Source: the human T2T-CHM13v2.0 reference genome, Homo sapiens. From it: a stretch of 64,000 nucleotides of DNA. How positions within the stretch are numbered: position 1 is the first letter of the stretch; the number at the start of each line of letters is the position of its first letter. The translations under genes were made by a program, and so were the position numbers. Shown here one piece after another: positions 58,117-64,000 of the stretch. The DNA is taken from the NCBI RefSeq assembly GCF_009914755.1, contig NC_060932.1; one strand, written 5' to 3'. The notes under the pieces were generated by a model. It saw only the letters and a program-made list of their open reading frames with translations. It had not been told where the DNA came from and did no database searches.

Positions 58117-58850
58117 CACACTATACACACGTATGTGTGTCTGTGTACATATGACATAAGAACATTCTGGAAGGTGGAGAGATAAATGCAGATGATATGG
58201 GAAACTCAGGAGCTAAGAAACAATAGTGACAACGTCTCTGAATTTCCTTTTTGCCTTACATATCCCTGACACAACGCTGAAGAAGATGGCGACCTAGAAA
58301 TTCCCATGTATGCAGGCAAAGCCACAAAAGAAGCCTGATCTCTCTAGCCAAAGGACTAGGAAACATGCAGCACTGCAGACAGAAGACTTTAGACAATAAC
58401 TGCTATAATTCTGCCAAACACACAGAATCATTGGTGACCCCACACACTCATATCAGCAAAGGCCAAGCAGGAGCCTAAATTTCTACTGTCACCAGACTAT
58501 AGTGAGATGCCTCCAAATTCCCACTAGAGTAGTTCCAGAGAAAGCCAAATCAATGTCAATAGCTAAAATCTTTAACTCCAGTGGAGGTAATTAGTCCCCT
58601 TTTGTGCTATCTGTGGAGACTATGTGGGGAGCCTGAACTTCTTCTACCCTTACGGGGCAGTAACAAGGCTAAATTTCACGCTCTTACTGAGAATTTCAAC
58701 ATCAGCCAGATAATGCAAAATTATTACAAAATGCCCATAGTTTCATAACTAATATAATATCTACAATGTCCATGTTATAATTGGAAATCACTAGTCATAA
58801 CAAAAACCAGAAGAATCTCAAACTAAATAATAAAAACAATCCATAAATAT

Positions 58851-59263
58851 TATAGTGGGTTTAATAGTAGCCCCCCAAAATTTATGTTCACATAGAACTT
58901 AAGAATGTGAACTTATTTGGAAGTAATGAGTCGTTGCATATTAATGTAAAGACCTCAAAGTAAGGTCGTCTTGGATTAGGGTGAGCCCTAAATCCAATGA
59001 TAATGTCCTCACCAGACATAGAAACACTAAGAGAAGAGGTAATGCGAGGATAGAGGGAGACATTGAAGTTATACAACCACAAGGTCATGAGAAGGTGGAA
59101 GACACATAAAAGATTCTTCCCTAGATCCTTCAGAGGAAGCATGCCCCTGCTGACCCTTTAATTTTAGACTTCTAATCTCTAGAATTATAAAAGAATACAT
59201 TTATTTGGTTTAAGCCACCAAGTGTGTGTCAGTTTATCATGAGAATCCTAGGAAACTAATACT
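58851..59263 (+). mobile_element. MLT1B/C-like solo LTR
   Basis: GAATGTGAACTTATTTGGAA, GGATTAGGGTGAGCCCTAAATCCAATGA; ends GGAAACTAATAC. Confidence 0.85.
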
Positions 59264-60262
59264 CATGTCAACATCAAGATGACAGTGATGTTAGAATTAT
59301 CTGCAAAGATGTTAAAGTAGCCATCCTAAAAACAATATAATGAGAAATGGCAAATATAATTGAAAAAATGAAAAAAAACAGAAATTTTTAGAAAGGGATT
59401 AGAAACTTCCAGGAAATAAATAAATATAAAGAAGAATCAAACAAAATTTATATAACTGGAAAATACAATGACAAATAAAAAACTTGGTGGATGGGCACAG
59501 CATCAGAATGAACAGAATAGAAAAAAGAGTCAGTGACTGGGCAAGAAAACAATGGCAATTACCGAATCTAATCAATAGGCAGAAAATCCAAAATAAAATC
59601 AGCAAAGCCTCCAGGACCTCTCAGATTATTAAAAAAAATATCTAAAATTTGTGTCACAAGAGTTTCAGAAGGGAAGGAGAAAGGGCAGGTTTAAAAAAGC
59701 ACTCAAAACAATGGATGAAACCTTGTGCAAACTTGGTAAAAGACATACCTCTTCAGATATAGAAGAACCTGAGTGAACCCTAACCAGCACAATGTACTTC
59801 CACCTCCTCAGTGAAAACCAAGGCACATAAGCAAGTTTCTAAAAACTAAAGATAAAGAAAAATCTTGAAACCAGTCAAACAGAAACTACTTTACTTAGAG
59901 GAAATCAGCAATTCAAATGAGAGCTGATTTTTCATCAGGAGCCATGGAAGCCAAAAGGAAGGGGGTATAATATTTTTCAAGTTTTTAGAGGAAACAAAGA
60001 AGTCAACTAGGAATTATGTGTTGAGTAAAATTATCTTTAGCAGTGAAGTGTGGGGTGGGGTGGAGGAAATCAATCCTAAGATGAAGAAGAACTAAGAAAA
60101 TCTATCACCAGTATATTCATCCTAAAAAGAATGACTAAAGAAACTTTTCTAAACAGAAAGAAAATAGTACAAGTAAGAACCTTGGAAGAGCAGGATGGAA
60201 GAAAATAAAATGATAAGCAAAATCAGGTGTAATTACAGTAGACTTCTCTTCATCTCCTTAAG

Positions 60263-60564
60263 TTTTTATTTTTTTCTTTTTTGAGACAGGGTCTCACCCC
60301 ATCATCCAGTCTGGAGTGCAGTGGCTTGATCTCAGCTCACTGCAACCTCTGCCTCCCAGGTTCAAATGATTCTCCTACCTCAGCCTCTTGAGTAGCTGGG
60401 ATTACAGGTATGCACCACCATGCATGCCTAAATTTTGTATTTTCAATAGACATGGGGTTTCACCATGTTGGCCAGACTGGTCTACAACTCCTGGCCTCAA
60501 GTCCTCCACCCACCTTGGCCTCCGAAAGTGCTGGGACTGCAGGGATGAGCCATCGTGTCTGGCC
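60263..60564 (-). mobile_element. Alu (old S or Jb-like)
   Basis: Full dimer; TSD TCTCCTTAAGTTTT / TCTCCTTAGGTTTT. Confidence 0.93.
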
Positions 60565-61792
60565 TTCTCCTTAGGTTTTCTAAGTATTACTTACTATTGA
60601 AGCAAAAATTATAACAGCATCTTAGAGGCTTTAAGTGCAGAGAAAACACTTAAGAACATTATTATAAATGGGGGAGGACAAACGGGTGTAAAGTAGGTAA
60701 GTCCTGTATATTTCACTTGAACTGGTAAAATGACAGCACAGTACACTGTACAATACCTAGATTCACCGTTTAAGATGCTGTAAACAAGATACGCCAAGAA
60801 ACACTATAAATAAATAAAAATAGAACTCTAAAAAAATGTTAAAGTAGCCCAAAGCAAGGAACAAAAAAGAGAGAATGGAAAAACAAAGAACAAGCAGAAA
60901 AAAAGGCAGATGCAAGCCCTAACATATAAATGACATTAAATGTAAATGGTCGAAATGTATCAAATACAGAGAATGTCAGAGAATATTAAAACATGTGATC
61001 TAACAATATGTTGTCTACAAGAAATTCAATTCAAATATAACAATATAGGCAGGCTGAAAATAATAAGATAGGGAAAGCTATTTATGAAGATATTACATGT
61101 AGGAAAGCAGAAATTGCTATATCAATTTAAAGTAAACTTGATATCAGAGCAAAGGAAATATCACAGACCAAGAGAGATATTATATAATAAGAAAAGGGTA
61201 AAAAACACAAGCATAGCAATCCTACTGGTGCACCAAACCTCACACCTGCAAAAATATATGAAGCAGTGTAGATAAAACTGAAAGAAGGCATAGATAAATC
61301 AATATTAATAATTGGACATTTTAACATCTCTTTCTGAACAACTGATAGAAGCACTAGACAAAAAAGTTGACAAGAATTTAGAAAAACTCATAAACACTCT
61401 CATAAAGCAAGATCTACATGACATCCATAGGAACTTCACATAGCAACAGAAATACATTCTTTTCGGTATAAAAAGGACATATGCATGGATAGACTGTATC
61501 CTGTACATTAAGCAAAGCTTGAAAAATCTAAAATAATTGAAATAATCTCTGATCATACTGGAATCAAGCTAGAAATCAACCACAGAAAAATAAAAGGAAA
61601 ACCCTCAACAGCTGGAGACTCAACAACATACTCCCAAATATTTAATGAGTTCAAAAGGAAGCCTCAAGGGAAATTTAAAAATGACCTGAATAAAAATGAA
61701 AATATAAAAACATGACAACTTAGATGAAATGGACTAACTTATTGAAAAACAAAAACTACTGTAACTCACTCAATATGAAAAAGATACCTTGA

Positions 61793-62096
<304 letters not shown>

Positions 62097-62119
62097 TGAA
62101 GAATTTTATATTTATGAAG

Positions 62120-62509
62120 TGTTGTAGTCTGTGCCTGCCGCTATAATAAAATATCCAAGAATGGTAATTTATAAAAGACAGAAATTTATTTCTTCTAGTT
62201 CTGGGAGCTGGGAACTTTAAGATCAAGCTGCCAGCTGGTTTGGTGTCTGCTGAGATTCTGGTCTCTGCTTCCAGGAAGGCCTCTTGCTGCTGAACCCTCA
62301 CAAGAGGAAAACCTCTGGCAGAAGACGGAAAGGCAAAAAAGTCTACCTATGTCTCTCCAGGTATTTTATCAAGTCACGAATCCTATATATGAGTGAGGAG
62401 CCCTTGTGGCCTAATTGCCTCCTTAAAAGCTCACCTCTTAATACTCTAACATTGGGGATTAAGTCTCAACATTAATTTTAGAAGGGACAAAAATATTCAA
62501 AGTATAGCA
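62120..62509 (-). mobile_element. MST/MLT1A-like MaLR solo LTR
   Basis: CAGAAATTTATTTCT...AGTTCTGG...AAGATCAAG; ends ATTCAAAGTATAGCA. Confidence 0.82.
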
Positions 62510-63099
62510 TTGAAGGAAATCAAATTTGTAATTACAAAACTTCCCTAAAGAAGCTTTCCTACCTCTATGCTTTCACTGGAGTAGTCTACCAAACATTTAT
62601 GAAAAATTACACCAATTTTACAGTCTCTGATTTAAATAAAATAGAATAGAATAATTTTCAATTCTTTCTGTGAAGCTGTTGTTATCTTATACAAAGACCA
62701 AATGAATCTAATACAAAACTCTAAAATATGTAATTCAAAAAATAGACCAGTAGTCTTCATATAGACAGTCACAAAAATTTATAACAAAATATTAACATTT
62801 ATTTTTATAATAGTTTTCACAAATTTGTTGCCCAGATCTCATGATCATTTATTAATTTATTTAATACAGATTTATTGATTATTTACTATATAAGCAATTT
62901 TCATGATTGGCTAATGGGGTAAATAAAGTGATATGGGTTCAACAGTTTGTATCTTTAGGGTCAGAGCTGTTCCATCACACAAAGAGTTGGAATCCGATTC
63001 AAAGCTAAAAAAAGTGATCAAAAGCCTTTTTACAGGTTGAGAACCAAATGAGAAATTCCTTTTTGTCTGGTAGATAAGTGACTTTTAAAATAGGTTAAC

Positions 63100-63620
63100 A
63101 TTAGTATTTTGGTTATCTATTTATGTACAACCCACTACCTCAAAATGTATTGATATAAACAACAATTGTATTATGCCTCATACTTTCTATGGGCCACAAG
63201 TTCAGAGAAGGTACAGCAAGTATGGCTTATATCTGCCCCATGATATCTGGAATTTAATATGAGAAAGCTCAAAAGCTGTGAGCTTGAGTTATCTGAAGCT
63301 ATTCTCGCTCACATGTTTGGCAGTTGATTCTGGTTGTCAGCACAGCGGTCCACTGCGCTGTTGGCTGGAACCCCTATTTTTGGCCTCTCCATGTTATCTA
63401 TCATATAGGCTAGTTTGGGATTCCTCACAATATGGAGGCTGGATTCTTAGACTGAGCATTCCTAGAAGCCTGGGCTTAAAAAATAGAACGATATTGGTTC
63501 TACCGTATTCCGTTGGTAAATCAGTCACAGAGCCCAGATTCAAGGGGAGGAGAACCATAAACCATGAGGTTAGGGAAGATTGTCAAGGAATTTTGAGGCC
63601 ACATTTTAAAATAGCTAGTC
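63100..63620 (-). mobile_element. Old MLT1 (F-H-like) LTR
   Basis: GCTCACATGTTTGGCAGTTGA and GCCCAGATTCAAGGGGAGG motifs. Confidence 0.65.
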
Positions 63621-63820
63621 ATCCCTCTGGGATCAGATGAGTCCTCCCAAATGCAAAATAAACTTCCTTTCTACCAGGAACCTGAAAACTCCCATTTCAT
63701 TAGCCTCATCAGGTTTAGTCTTAAGGTGAAATCTCATTCTATAAATCTAGTCCAGGAAAATATGAAGCTCCTCAAGTACTTATTGTCAAAGGATTTTAGA
63801 GCAACATTAAAGTCACAACA

Positions 63821-64000
63821 GGCCGGGCGCAGCGGCTCAGGTCTGTAACCCCAGCACTTTGGGAGGCCCAGGCCGGAGGATCACTTGAGGTCAGGAGTTC
63901 GAGACCAGCCTCGCCAACATGGTGAAACCCCGTCTCTACTAAAACTACAAAAATTAGCCAGGCATGGTGGCGGATGCCTGTAATCCCAGCTACTCAGTAG
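63821..64000 (+). mobile_element. AluS element, runs off window end
   Basis: GGCCGGGCGCAGCGGCTCA...TACTAAAACTACAAAAATTAGCC. Confidence 0.95.

Overview
Human genomic DNA (it contains a human-specific L1HS-Ta element). The window is AT-rich, very repeat-dense, and has no host protein-coding exon I can recognise; nearly all ORFs in the supplied track are spurious or repeat-derived. It holds several old LINE-1 copies, about 12 Alus, many MaLR/ERV solo LTRs, MIR/L2 relics and one hAT DNA transposon. Two structures stand out. (1) A full-length minus-strand L1HS Ta-1nd element (38173-44203) has intact ORF1 and ORF0 but two nonsense codons in ORF2. It carries a ~950 bp 3' transduction with a passenger AluSc and a second poly(A) tail. 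The whole ~7 kb unit is bounded by a perfect 14-bp target-site duplication (TSD) and splits an MLT2 LTR. (2) A perfect 53-bp inverted repeat with a 15-nt spacer lies in apparently unique sequence (18743-18863) and looks like a recent template-switch hairpin. I found no evidence of a wholly new biological system: the notable items are instances of known mechanisms whose locus-level novelty needs database checks. Repeat subfamily names come from recalled consensus motifs, not alignments, and boundaries of old repeats are approximate.
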